NCBI RefSeq assembly: GCF_003918875.1
Contig: NW_025767168.1
Span: 806,001-870,000, forward strand
DNA: 64,000 bases
Source: Haliotis rubra
Taxonomy: Eukaryota
Direction of reading: 5' to 3'
The notes under the pieces were generated by a model that saw only the letters and a program-made list of their open reading frames with translations, made no database searches and had not been told where the DNA came from. Numbering within the stretch: the stretch's first letter is position 1; each line of letters opens with the position of its first letter. Of the stretch, positions 38,366 to 51,669 are shown in pieces. Position numbers and translations under genes: made by a program.

Positions 38366-39099
38366 ATATCAAATCAAATATTTATTGTGCAAACGTTCCA
38401 TACAGAAACAGTGACAATATTCTATAAACTACATAAACAAGATATACAATGAATCACATATATATGATGAGCAACAAAACATATAATAATACAAATGTGT
38501 ATAATTATAATAATGGCCTAGCACAATCAGATCTTCTATATTTGTTTAAAGTTGTACATGTGGTAGCAAATAATTTCTATAGTATTTGGATCATTATTTC
38601 TAAAAAGGAGGTTAAATTTTTCAGTGGTAGTAATGGTGCAAACGTCTGAGAAAGTTATTAATTTTAGAGGAAAGGGAGTTAAATAAGGACTTTCTTGCAT
38701 CTGAATGTTTAGTGCAACACATGAAATGGTGTTGTTCATCCTCAAGGACAGAGCATTTATCACACAGACGGTCCTCCAAAGGTGTAGGTGGTCTTGTTCT
38801 CCTACCCAGTTCAATTTTTAGTCTGTGATCACTCAGTCTTAGTTTTGTGAAGTGGATACGGTGTTTTTTTATTTTGCAGTGTTGCAGGTACGGTTCAAAG
38901 TTGATTTCAGATTTAAATTTTCTATATGTTCTAAGTTTGTTCCTTGAAATTAATGTGTTTGGATTATCTTGAAGAGATGAGTGGAATATGTCTGTATATT
39001 TCAATTGGAGGTCCTTCAGTATAGAGGAGGAAGTAAGATTACTTTCCTTGATGTTAATATATAATATATCAGATATTAATACCAAATAATGTATCAAAT
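38366..39099 (-). mobile_element. 5'-truncated non-LTR retrotransposon 3' end (ORF2 C-terminal CCHC region; RTE-X/L2-group-like, clade uncertain)
   Basis: ORF 38621-39097: NKLRTYRKFK..EPYL..TKLRLSDHRLKIELGR..RLCDKCSVLEDEQHHFMCC; AATAAA plus (ATTTG)n tail on the minus strand. Confidence 0.85.
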
Positions 39100-42000
39100 G
39101 AGGAATATATTTTAATTAAAATCATTTATGTGTGTACAAACTGAGATTATTGATGCATTGTTAGTGTTAAAAGAATGCCTCCCAATTTTTTTATTTTTTT
39201 ATTTGTGATTAAAAAATTACTTTAATTTTATATTGATACAATGATGACTGTTTTCTGTCTTCATCATATATAGCTCGGTTATATTTAATACAACCTTCTC
39301 CAGATCATCTTCCCCAAGTAAACACAGATGTGCATGAAATGAGGTGAAGCATTCAAGGACCACAATAATGTGTGTTAAAAGAGTTCTCTGAGCCAGCTTC
39401 TAAAGCATCACTCCAACTCCACTCCATGTTGCTGGGAGATGCAGTTCCACTGGGCTAGTGGAGACCACTTGTGGCTTCCCCCTCTCCCCTCTCTCAGTTG
39501 GTGTCCCCTTACAATCACAACATGGCTTGTGTTAGTATACAGTCAACACTCTCTTCATTTCTCGCCTGATTCACACACCTCAACTCATGCCAGCTGTGGA
39601 GACTTCTTGCAGATGGAATTACATTCTTGGCCCTTGTGTGTCAACTCTTCTCACTGGTCGAACTCCGAGTAGTGGCTCCACCTCCAACTTGATTATTGAC
39701 AGATGCAGATGTAGAGACAATTCTCAAAGAAAATTGCCTTGATCGAATCAGTTTTCGTAAGTGTTTCTAGCCCACAAGCATTCTCCGCCCTTGTTGGCTT
39801 GACGGACAACCCCAGCTGTTTATCTTACACCTTCACTTCCTTGAATATTCATTAGGCAACAATTTATGCAAATAGGTTCCTCACTTGCTCTCCAATAAAA
39901 CATGGGTAATGATTCTCTAAGTTGATTGGTTAATGCACTAACTAATGAGCTTTGTACAACTGTCCAGGATTCCATGTGCGTTTTACCCATGGAGTACATG
40001 GTTACTTTGAGAAGACATATTCTTGGAATTGGCTGGGTCTGTTGCTCATTTGCTGTAATAAGCTGTGCATTAGGGCAAGCGGTGCCGGCAGGGAATTGCC
40101 TGGCAGCTTTATGAAACACAACGTGACAAAGCCTGGCTCTGCCGGTGAGGGGAGATGGATTCCAGAAAACCTCGGAGCCTTTGGCACACAAAACATACTC
40201 TCATGGACTGAAAGATGAAAACCTTGGGAAGTGATGGAGATCCTCTATTGCTTTGTTGGGTTTTGCTACCAATTCTATATCATTCTCGGGTTTTATTACA
40301 GGTTATTCTTCAGCGAGTATGTTCCTGTCATCTGAGAAATAAACAAATGGTTTATTTCATAGCACAAGTGTAGTGCTCAATTTTTCCTAAAGGATCCCCG
40401 TTTTTCTGCAGATGCTAGAAATATTTATACAGCATTGTTGTGTGTAGTTTTTGCTGCTACTCAACTCTTCTTTCTGAGAGATTTTTCTGACAGTAACAGT
40501 TGATAGTGTTAATTGAGCCAAACATCATGATCATTGTCAGGGCATACTTCCCTCCTCAAGCAAAATTCCGTCCTAATGTCTCCCACCCTGATGGCACAAC
40601 TTGAACTGAAACTGAAGCCGTTTGTAGCATTGTTCAAAAATCAAAACATCAACAATTAAGTAGAAAGGTTGCTGTTTTCACATGAAAAGAACAATCGGGC
40701 AAGGGCAGCCTAGTAATGTCTGCTTGACACAGGGCACTTCTAACAATGGTTGGAGGAAATCTGAAACCAGGGGAGATAATCACATTCCAAACACAAGTAT
40801 GTAAACAGAGTCTCTGAACACTTTCACTTATGGGGGCCACCTGAGAGGGTGCCTGGTTAGGAGAGGGGTGGGAATGGTCTTTCAAGGTGAGGGGTCAGGG
40901 GAGAGAAATAGTTTAGACACTGCGGTAGAATTGGTTTGATGGAGATGGTTCTGTCTGCTAAGAGAATGGTGGGGTAGGTTTTTAAGTCTGGCAAGGGAAG
41001 GAGAAGGGAAGGTTTGGTCTACCCAGAAAAGGAGAGGGATGGGGTTTGTTTTTCAAGTCTGGCAAGGGAAGGGAAGGTTTTGTCTGTCATGAGAAGGGGA
41101 GAATTGGTTTGGAAAGATGATGGAGTGCTGCTTCACCTTTTAACATTTACTTCAGGCATTAGGATCTGGTGTCGTCTATTGTTGTTGTTTCATGAATTGG
41201 TTTTGACATTGTTATTGTTGTGGTGTTTGTATTAGAATGACAAATGCAGATTGGATTTGCTAGCATAGACAGAAAAGTATTGCCAGCCATTTTTGTGATT
41301 GTTCCACAGTTTAACCTATTGCTTGTGACCATATATCAGCTGGTGGAATGTGGAATTTAAATATTGCAAGCCTTCACATGCTGATAGTCACAACTGATAT
41401 TCAGATGATTGATGGCAATTTTAAAATGCTGTCACGTAGGATGATAATAGGACAATTTTCTCATTCAGTGTGGTAGATGTGTGGGTGGGACTAGTGCAGT
41501 ATGTTGTACAGGAATACATAATTAATAAGGGTGATGTAATGAATGTTCCTGCTGTGACAGGAAGGGTTTGCTTTACACAGGGCTGCCCCACCGATAACCT
41601 CCTTATCATAAACATAGATTATTGCAAGAAACTGAACACCAGCATAATAGACAATCAGCAGATTTATAAACATTACCACCTGTCATTTCCATGACATGTA
41701 GATACTCCACAGGCCACCCTCCAGCTCTGTCTGCTATCTACTCTCTGGTCCCTCACCCTTGGCCAGATCTGTGTTGAGTGGAACACTGATCCGGGGATTA
41801 TCTCAATATCTTCCTCTGCAGTGTCTCCATGTCTCTGTGTGGAGAGAGCAATGTGCTCCCAATTAGCTGTGGTAATGGTGACAAGAGGTATCAGTGACAG
41901 TGAGTGATACTGCCAGATTCCTGCCTTCACTCACTCCCTCATTGTGGAGGCTGTATTAACCTAGATGATTTTATCACTTGTAAGCAGATCCCCTTTCTCC

Positions 42001-42311
42001 AGTGACAGGAGATGGGGGACTAATTAAACATGTTCCCTGCCCTGGTGGCATTCCACTCGTTGGATTCCAGTCATAATTCACATTGATTGTGAAGGAGGGA
42101 GTTGGGAGCAGCAGCAGAGGTGGCCAGCCGACCGAGGAGTCAGAGATACCTTCATCAGGTGCACTGCCTCCTGACAGATGATGGAGGCAGCTTGGACTAC
42201 TATGTAGATCCTGTCGTGTGTCAGTGTCACTTATACCCACAAGTAACACATCCCCACAAGTACCTGTTCATTGATCAGCCAGCAAGTGCTTGCCATGTCT
42301 TACTTGTGTAG

Positions 42312-42417
42312 CAGGGCCTAGATTTTCGAAGCTCTCTTGGAGCTAAAATAGTTGTAAGTTAATGTTAATGTATACAACCATCTTAATACTAGGAGAGCTT
42401 CGAAAATCTAGGTCCTG
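42312..42417. mobile_element. 106-bp palindromic MITE (PIF/Harbinger-like, CWG ends)
   Basis: cagggcctagattttcgaagctctc / gagagcttcgaaaatctaggtcctg. Confidence 0.8.
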
Positions 42418-43917
42418 GATTTGATCTTTGTTATTCTTAGTTAGGCTGTTTACACCTGAGAGGCTGCTTTGTTAATGTATGCTAACATGACTAAGAAATA
42501 ACAGGAGTGATCTGTACATAAACGCTGATGATAAGGCACCAGATAGCGCTATGAAGAGATTAGTGCCTCTCAGTGAGGTTGAAATAGAAACTAAGGAAAT
42601 GAGATAATAGCTCCACTGACGGAACACAGTTAGTTTCTCTTCCTTATTACCACAATTGAAATGTCAGGATTTTATTAATAGAATTTATTAGAATCCCAAC
42701 ATTTCAAATATTAAATTCATGTAGAGTTAGCACACAGTAGATTACACCATAATAGTTTCTCCGGTCTTCGTGTCCTGATTATGCAATATGGTTCATTTTG
42801 CAAATGGTAGCCGTCATGTTATATTTCAAACTTAAAAACAAAGTACCTGCTAATTTGTGCTTATTTGATTTTCTACAAAGCTGAAATGATTTGATTAAAG
42901 ACTGTATCATTATTAAATCAAAATCCGAGTATTTTTGCTTGTCTCCTATAATTTAAAACCTGTCTGACCCATACTTGAGTAATGATTTCCTGCAACCAAA
43001 TTGTAACATCTATTCTGTGTACGCAAACCTATGCAAACTATGGCTGATAGCAACCATGCTAATGGATCCAAGATTCCAAAGATTGTTAGATAATTATTGT
43101 ATGGGATTTAAGTTAAGAGAGCATGACTGAAGCAGCAATGAAACCCACATGGATGGAAGCTGGGTATATCTGGATACAGCACCTGCCAATCTGCACACTC
43201 ACTGCTGTAGCAGTGCACAATTAGAGAGATGGAGAGAAGTCATTGGCATCATCATTAAGATACTTGGAATATCCCAGACCTATCCCTTTCCTCATCAAAG
43301 TGAATAGTCCATGCTGACAGCCTTTCCTAGATGCAAACTGTCCTGAATTAGGACTTCCAAACTGTTTGTTAATTATGCAGATGGATGGCAGCTAAGGTTA
43401 CTGTTTGAAGTTGTCAGAGTGGTAGGGGGATGACGGATACAGTGATCAACTTTAATCATGGTATGTAGCAGTGATACAGGACTGACGAGATGCCAGACTA
43501 GATCCACGGGTATCTAGCACAACGGGATCAGCTTACCTGCTCACCTGAGAATGAACACAATGTTAATCATGGTGTGGTGGGAAATATTTGCCTTCTGAAA
43601 GTTTGCCATGCAGATTATTGGCTACACCTGTGATGGTCATGATTCATGGTATGAGTTGAGGATATTTGGTTACATATTGGCTTGCATGTTGTTTCCCATT
43701 GCTTGAATAGGGAAATGTATACAGGGCATATGAGAAATGGATATTTCCACTGAACCTGGACAAAGGATCACTAATTGGATGCTCTTCAGAAGACTGATGT
43801 TTTTGTTCAGTTGGATGAAGGATGTATTACTGTCTGTGTGTTATATAGCTCCAGTGGGGATACCAGGTTACAATAGGTCCCATGCAACCTTATGCTGAAT
43901 ATAAGAGTTGTCATAGA

Positions 43918-44039
43918 GGGGTAGCCTAATGGTTAAAGCTACCACACTGAAGGCCTGGGTTCGATTTCCAACATGGGTACAATGTGTGAAGCGCATTTCT
44001 GGTGTCTCCCGCTGTGATATTGCTGGAATAATGCCCAAA
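43918..44039 (+). mobile_element. Diverged SINE family A copy running into a gap
   Basis: gggtagcctaatggttaaagc..ggttcgatt..catgggtacaatgtgtgaagc. Confidence 0.8.
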
Positions 44040-44187
44040 NNNNNNNNNNNNNNNNNNNNNNNNNNNNNNNNNNNNNNNNNNNNNNNNNNNNNNNNNNNNN
44101 NNNNNNNNNNNNNNNNNNNNNNNNNNNNNNNNNNNNNNNNNNNNNNNNNNNNNNNNNNNNNNNNNNNNNNNNNNNNNNNNNNNNNNN
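44040..44187. other. Assembly gap (N run)
   Basis: 148 N. Confidence 1.
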
Positions 44188-45722
44188 GATTGATAGGTCA
44201 AGGATGGTGACTTTGTTAATTGCTTGTCATTGTGCCCAGATAGCATGCATCTTTGCCCTCAATATCAATCACTGGATTGTGTGGTCCAGACTCAATTATT
44301 AGGACTGAAATGATTTGATACCATATTCAGATATGATGCCAGTGGATGATTCACCACCGCTGCTAAACCTAACAAGCAGTACAAAACCAGTCTGAATTTT
44401 TTTCCAAACAAATCCATCAAATTATGGATTCTTTTGTTCTTCTATTGATGTCTCAGAAGTTAAAAAATCCTGGCTGTATGTAGTCCAGAATCTATTGATA
44501 TATGTTACAGATGCTCTTAATCCATCAGCAGTCATTCCCACCTAGATTTGTTCTTTCTTGCTTAAAAAGCAGTCATCTTTCAGTAATTTTAGATAGTCAG
44601 TAGTTAAATTACTTCTGATACATTCTGATACATCTCCAGTAACTTCCTTGACGTAAGGCTGCACAATTTTAATCACAGCTGCAATCAAAACAGGAAGAAT
44701 TGTCATTCCGGATTGCACATGACATGAAAGGCGAATATAAGTCGTCTATTATCTGAAATATTTCCCCAAGCCTGCTTCTTTCAAGTTTGGCTCGTCCATA
44801 AAAATGATGACAATCTTGTCTCTTTAAAATTCATGAAGGAAGTTTTTAACCCTGTGCCATTAGTCCTGTCTGTAAGTTCAAGGTCACTGCAGTGTAATGC
44901 TATTCTCCTGAAACCACTAAGACTCCCCAATCTCCTGACTTTCTGATTATCTTATAATCTTGTATAAGCACATCTCTTTGTTTGTTCTACTTGCAGCAGA
45001 TTTTTGCTCTATTACAATTCGGTTGTCAGAAGATCACAGAGTTTAATACCCAGGTTGTCGGCAGTTCTGGTGCCCGGAGAATTGATTATAATCCAGATGC
45101 CTCCCAATGTCTCCTCTCAGTTTAATAAAGCCTAAGCCATCTTTGATAACTTCTTTTTATCACTTTCCCACTGATCTTTGCTGGTCTAGATTTCCAGAAA
45201 TAACAATCAAACAAAAAGCCCTCCACGTGTATTGGGGGTTGAGAGAGTGAAATATTGCATATCTGAAAGAGATTAGGCGAGGGGGAAAATACATGGAAAA
45301 ACATTCTTGTGTGTCAGGTCTCCACAAGCCAAAGCAAAACAAATAATCCTGAGATTGCACTTGCAGACACTTGGTTATATTTACTGAATATAATATGGCT
45401 GTGTTTCCATAACTCTTGCCAATATTTGGTGCTGACATATGTTGCTGAGGGGGAGTGTTACTGATAAGATCTTTCTTCAGATTACTTAATGCTGCACTTA
45501 AACATTTTGTGCATAGTTTCATTAAGTAATTATTCGCTTGATTAAGCTAGTTCACTTCAAATTAGGTAATGTCAAATTTATCCAAAATGACTTAATGATT
45601 TATTTTTCAATTTGTTTTGAGGCCTCTTGGATTGGCTGGAACAAGATGATGGTAATGGATTTGACTGTAGCAGTGGAACTGTACTGTACATACAACATGA
45701 TAATAACCATTACAAGCAAGGC

Positions 45723-46081
45723 GACCGCCTCCGTGGTGTAGTGGTTAGAGCGTCCGCCCGGGAGAGCGGAAGGTCGCGGGTTCGATCCCCGATCGCATCA
45801 TACCAAAAGACGTTAAAATATGGTACTTGTTGGTCCCTGCCTGGCGCTCGGCATTAATGGGTACAACAAGGACTGGTCAGCTCAGAGTCAGTATAATGTG
45901 TCTGAGTGGGGTATTCATGCTTCACTGCGGCATGGTATCTCAGCGGGCTAGCTAGCACTATATAACCAGCTTAAGTCTGGGCTAGTACAAGCAGCCGTAC
46001 ATACACATACACACGCATGCACGTCGTCATATGAGCGAAATATTCTCAAGCACGACGTAAAACCCAATTTCACCTCACCTC
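45723..46081 (+). mobile_element. tRNA-derived SINE family C, full length (central domain resembles mollusc Meta/MESC-type SINEs)
   Basis: A box tggtgtagtgg, B box ggttcgatccc; (CACCT)n tail; TSD acaagcaaggc (45712-45722, 46082-46092); domain name is from memory. Confidence 0.88.
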
Positions 46082-49000
46082 ACAAGCAAGGCTTGCTGTG
46101 GCCATGTTGACTCACTCTGATAAGAAATAATGAAACAGCTTTTGTCTCTGGACCAGATGCATTATATTCTGTGTATTCCCTCAGATTATACACCCTCAGA
46201 CCCCAACTACCAAACTAAATACAAAAACAGAAACCATTAGAGAAACCGTTACAGGTGCTTCTAGAAAGGCAGGAAGACCTTACCCTTGCTGTGAACGCCT
46301 GGTGTCATCCTGATTTTAGTGATACATACATATACTTTTCACCACTGGTATTCCTTGTGTCCTCAGTTGAATCGGTTTCGGGCAGATAATTCACATTATT
46401 CCCTGGCATTTACGATGTATATTTCTTGTTTATGAAATATGAATGTAGTTTCATCTTCAAAGGGAAATCTTTGCTTCTGGCATTAACCTTGTAAAGGTAG
46501 ATAATTATTTATGGAATATGACTGCTGATGTGTCATGTGTATTTCAGTTAATAAGTGTTGTGTTTCTCAGTCACATGTTTTGTCATATCTGTTCAAAAAT
46601 AGAAACGGAAATACTATCATAAACAATTTCTTTTTCAAACTTATGTTGGTCCTACACATGTGATATTCTTGAGCCATTCTAAAAACACTTAAGGAAAAAT
46701 AACTGGACTGACATTTAGTCACAGAAAAAGTTTCGTATTCAAAAATAGAAATAAATACAAAACAAATCCAAACATAGCCCACAACAATCCTTAGTTTCTG
46801 GAGCTGAGGCAATCTAGATTTGCCAGATCATTCTTGACTTGAGTAGGAGTAGAAGTCTAATTTATTCTCTAGGGTCTTGGAAACAAACTACCATAGAACT
46901 AACTTGTCAGTAAGTAAAGTACTGCATCATTGTTTCATCTAGATGTTCATCAAGTTAAATGTTCATCCCCATGTCTACAGCCAATGTTTGTAAAAATTCT
47001 AAAATCAATTGAATAAAATATTTTCCCATTTTATTTTGTCATAAGTATTACCTGTTTTATCTGTGCGAAGATGGCTTGTAATTCACTGAGAAAAACTTTA
47101 ATCCTTAGTTTTATAGCAACAAATGCAATATGAAAATCACACTGAATTCAAGAAAATTGTTGCTTTGAAAATATGTAATGCTGTACAAAATAATGTTGAA
47201 TGTTTGATAAGTTCCTGTCCAAGTGCAGGTTTATGTCAGTCTCAAGACACTGACAAGATGGTGAGAGGAGGATATTTGTGTATATGTCCATGAGACAAAC
47301 TGACTAGCTTGCCAGTGTTAATTATATCATATCATGTCAGCAACAGACTAAAGGCTTGATCGGGAATACTCCACCTTAGCATCATATCTAGAAAAAACTA
47401 TGGCAATGTTGAAAACAGGAATCATTGCTGCTCCAGCGAGTGTGTGGGCTGCCCTGTGGTTCACAGCGGTTGCAGCCAACATGTTCCAAGTGTATCCGTC
47501 TCCCCAGCCCCTTCACTTGCAGAGCAGTTTATCTGGCAAATTTACAAAGGTCCTGAGTTGGTATTTTGCTGCTTGTGGAGTAGGCAGCTATCTTCCCCTG
47601 AGGAGATAAGCTATCTCAGCAACTGTACCTGTCAGTCAGACTTGGGACCGAGCAGGAGGAACATAATGCATTCTGGGCTGAAAGTTTTCCTCTATCCAAC
47701 CAACGGTAATGTTGATGGTGATGTTGCTGATATGCTCAAGTGTGCGAGCCTGGGTGTCTTCATTACTGCCGCTGCTCCTCAGCTTGGTCATGAGTCAGGG
47801 AAGGTAGCTGATGTATGTTTGTGGTGATAATGATGACATGATTGACTGACAGTGTGTTACGCTGATGAGCTTTTGTTGATAGTGAATTTGTTTGGTTGAA
47901 GGTAATATGTTTCCATACATGTTATGATAGATGTTGTGTTTGTGGGAATCAGAGGGACATTTAGCCAATTACTCATTCAGTACATAACATTTGGGGTACT
48001 TTATTTACACCCAATCATTCCAATCTTACTGCCTTTGTACAGTGAGATGAGTTTATTGGTAATGATGAAGAGGCACTGAGGGGAAGTTACAGCAAAAATT
48101 CAATCTGCTGATGCAGAATAATTCAAAACAGACACAATTCCGCCTATTTTTAATCTGTCATGCTGATCATAACATGACGGTATGGCCGTCTTACATACCT
48201 GCTGCACTGACAGTGCATATCAGACAGTGTAGGTCTTGACACCAACATAAAGGCTTATCAGCACATCACATGAGGGTCGAGCCAGGGAAGCAACTTGTCA
48301 GTGTTGACAGATGACAGCCTATCACAGATTACAGATATCCTGATGGAGGGACTGATATGTGACAAAAAGTACTCTTTTTCTTTCTGGTGATCAGGCTTGA
48401 GGAAGTATTGGTGACCAATTGCTGAAAGCTGCAACAAGAGAATAATGGCTTGGTAGTCAGTGATTTTTGTAATGTACAAGAAGCAAGTGGTCTTGTCTCT
48501 AGTGTATTGTTATTATGATCAGTATTTTTATGATTTATTTGTTAATTTCGTGGTAGATCCATGAAAGAATGCACTGGCAGCTTTGTACTGTGGCCTCAGC
48601 TCTAGGAGAGTATTCACTGACAGCTTTGTGCATTGTTCTGTACTATTGGGTCTTGTGAAAGACTTTTGTCTTCAGGCTTAGACATGTCTTATCTAGTTAA
48701 TGAAGCCTTCAGCCTCACAACTGTGATAATAGTCATATGTGTCGAGACCTGTTAGTGGGACACATTCAGCTCCAAGGCTGCATTAAACATTTCCAAATTC
48801 GTCAGTATTTACAAAAATAAGAACATTAAAATAATCCAGTTTTCAACGTTACCTAATGTTTCCAAAGTGTCCTGCCAAGGGCACTTAGTTTGAAACCTTA
48901 GATAAATGTATGGGATACATATGAAATATTATGAAACCTCAAGCAATCGCCACATTACACCGTGCATCACTTATTAGTGATACAGGGGGTCTTCTGAGTA

Positions 49001-49769
49001 TTAGCTTATAGCATATACATGATTTTATTATATTTTCAGTATGGAATGCAGAATTATTCATAGATACACTCTTACTTGCCATACTTTTGAATGTACAGAC
49101 CCATTCCGTGTTGTTGATGTAACCTGCAAATATGTGAGGTACATTTCTTGTGTTCTTTGCTCGAATGGACAATCATTACATTTGCACTACATCAACCAAA
49201 ATCTTGAATCTCAAATTCTTCAGATATCTTTCAAGCTAAATAGTTCCAGGAGGAATAACTATCAGTTTATTTTGGCTGGCTGCTATTTCTCAATGAATGT
49301 GAAAGATTACCGAAGTGCATAATGGTAAATGCCTTCAGGCGCCAGGAACATAACTGACACAGAGGGTACATAAATCCTTGTCTCCGTCAAGACCAGTCAC
49401 ATCACTTAAACATCACTCAAGCAACACTTAAGTAGCACTTAGTATGCCATGTGACAATCAAACATTGTATTAAAGATGTGTGCACATGGTTATTTTGCCC
49501 ACTAGCTGTTTCTATACATCTGTCTGGATTCCAGGGTATATATCTCATGTTGGTGGTCACACCTGATGATTATGGGTGGTTAAAGTAATATTTAATTATC
49601 AAAATATTTTTTAATGATGTTAGTTCCTGTATTTTAGCGGCAAGCCAACGGCCTTAAGTTACCGCTCTTCATGTTAATTAGAGTTATCTCCCGTTGACCT
49701 AATTCTTGTCGTCCTAGCGTTTGAAATGGCGGCATGCTTGATTGGTCATGTTGTTTTTGGATAACTTTT

Positions 49770-50184
49770 TGCTAGTTTTTAATGCTGATCTAGACAATAT
49801 TTAGGGGCGGTGGGGTAGTCTAGTGGTTAAAGCGTTGTCTCGTCACGTCGAAGACCCGGGTTCGAATCCCCACATGGGTACAATGAGTGAAGCCCATTTC
49901 TGGTGTCCCCCCGCCTTGATATTGCTGGAATATTGCTAAAAGCGGCGTAAAACCAAACTCAGTCAGTCAGTAGACAATATTTAAGCTTCATGGCATCAGT
50001 ATGTAAATAACCACGCCTTTACCAGACAATCTGGTGACAGACATCATGAGCAACATTCAATACAATTTTGATACTTTGTTGTGCATTCACCGCGACAGCA
50101 AGTCTGACAACCCGATTCTCTCAGTCACCCCTTACGACAAACATTTGGTTGCTGAAGACCAATTCTAATGGGGGTCTTGATGGG
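49770..50184 (-). mobile_element. Old antisense family B copy interrupted by a SINE A
   Basis: Reverse-complement match (cttacgacaa..gttgctgaagaccaattctaa..gtcttgatggg). Confidence 0.7.
49804..49970 (+). mobile_element. SINE family A, full length (nested)
   Basis: TSD tagacaatattta (49791-49803, 49971-49983). Confidence 0.93.
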
Positions 50185-50294
50185 GAAGAGCAGGACGTTT
50201 AGAGCGTAATACCTAACTGGGTACCTCTGTTGATGGTGGTTTAGAATTCATTTATTTCTTACGGCTGTAAAATACATGTGTCTATCTGTTCCAG

Positions 50295-50354
50295 AGAGAT
50301 GCAGAAAGCCGGCGTAACCAGCTGATGAGAGACATGGCTCAACTGAGACTTCAG
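50295..50354 (+). CDS. SMG5: SMG5 coding exon (RDAESRRNQLMRDMAQLRLQ)
   Basis: gttccag| acceptor, CAG|gtatgt donor; near-identical to vertebrate RRNRLMRDMAQLRLQ. Confidence 0.95.
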
Positions 50355-50729
50355 GTATGTCTGCGTGGTTGTAGAAATATGAACAAAACAAGTACCATGT
50401 CTAGTTCATCAGCTAGTAGGAGATTAAGTAGTAGGAGTGCTGATCTAGTCCATCTGAGAGGAGATGGCATCAATTCCTCATAGCCATGATTTGAAAGTGA
50501 CTGGAGTAACCCTTATGTAAGTTCAAGGTCACAGTAAAGGTTAGTGGTAAAATGTCCACCACATTTGGGATAGTTTATGTTCCCTCTGATATTTTCTGGA
50601 GTTCAGCCAGTAGTTGTTATGTTTTAGTGACAATCTTTTGACTATGGTCATAGCTACATGCTTACATTGAGTAGCTCATGGCATGAATTCTAACTTGGCT
50701 TATGTTGCTGCAATATAACCTTTTGGAAA

Positions 50730-50876
50730 GTTCTAGACGTACTTGTATTTCATAGTAATAGTCAAGATCACACTCGGTGTTACACACTAAATACTGTATA
50801 TGTTCTAGACGTACTTGTATTTCATAGTAATAGTCAAGATCACACTCGGTGTTACACACTAAATACTGTATATGTT
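50730..50876. repeat. 72-bp perfect tandem duplication
   Basis: gttctagacgtacttgtatt..aaatactgtatat occurs twice. Confidence 0.92.
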
Positions 50877-51669
50877 CATGATAACTCATGAAGTGTAGAC
50901 TGTAGTCTGGTGAAATCAGGGACATTTCCCAAGGGGTGCTTTCAAGTTTTGCTTTAGACCTTTCAAGGTCAGGTCAGAGGAATGTTTGGTTGTTTTTTTC
51001 TTTTTCTGCTTCTTTTTTGTGATGAATAAAACCAAAATAGAAATAATCAGAGCTTAGGTTTGGTTATAATTGAGGGTGAAGATCGTTGAATTTTGTCATA
51101 AAAGTAGATAGTTACCTTCAGATGAGGCAAGGCCAACTCTGTGTTCAGCATGTACAGTAAGTTCCATACTCAGAACAGTGAAATGGGATTTCATTTGCAT
51201 GATCTTATTACTTTGTAAAAGATGTAAAATTCATGGAAAAAATGCTATTTTAGAGGTAATTGTTTAACACTTTTGGAACATCCATATATAATTGTAGATA
51301 GTAGTACAAGAGTAAATGTTGATATTGTTTTGTTTGTTTTACTGTTCTTTATCATTGTGACAAGTTGTCAGTTGACATATTGGTGTGACAGCGGGTTTTC
51401 AGCACTGTATTGGTCAGCCCCGATATGGGATACCTGTCAGTCAACAGGTTTAGAGTAAGGTTGTGGGGGACATATTTTAACTGGGTGTTGATGAGGGTCC
51501 CTGATGATGTGCATGTCATCATACTGACATCTGTTTCGACTTCTGAACTGCATGTTTATTGCATTTGAATGTCTTGTGTCTGGGAAATAGAATAATAATA
51601 AAGGGTAATTTGTTGACACATGTAAGGCTTAGCATGAAATGGTTAACTGTAATGGGCAGCTTTGTAAAG

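Noticed and set aside
15474-50294. Intronic conserved miRNAs, snoRNAs or hammerhead ribozymes
   Set aside because: Only short seed-like coincidences (e.g. ttgtgaccgt at ~29565, ccagatctaa at ~34338) without a full mature match or core; a visual scan is not exhaustive, so an Infernal/Rfam search is needed
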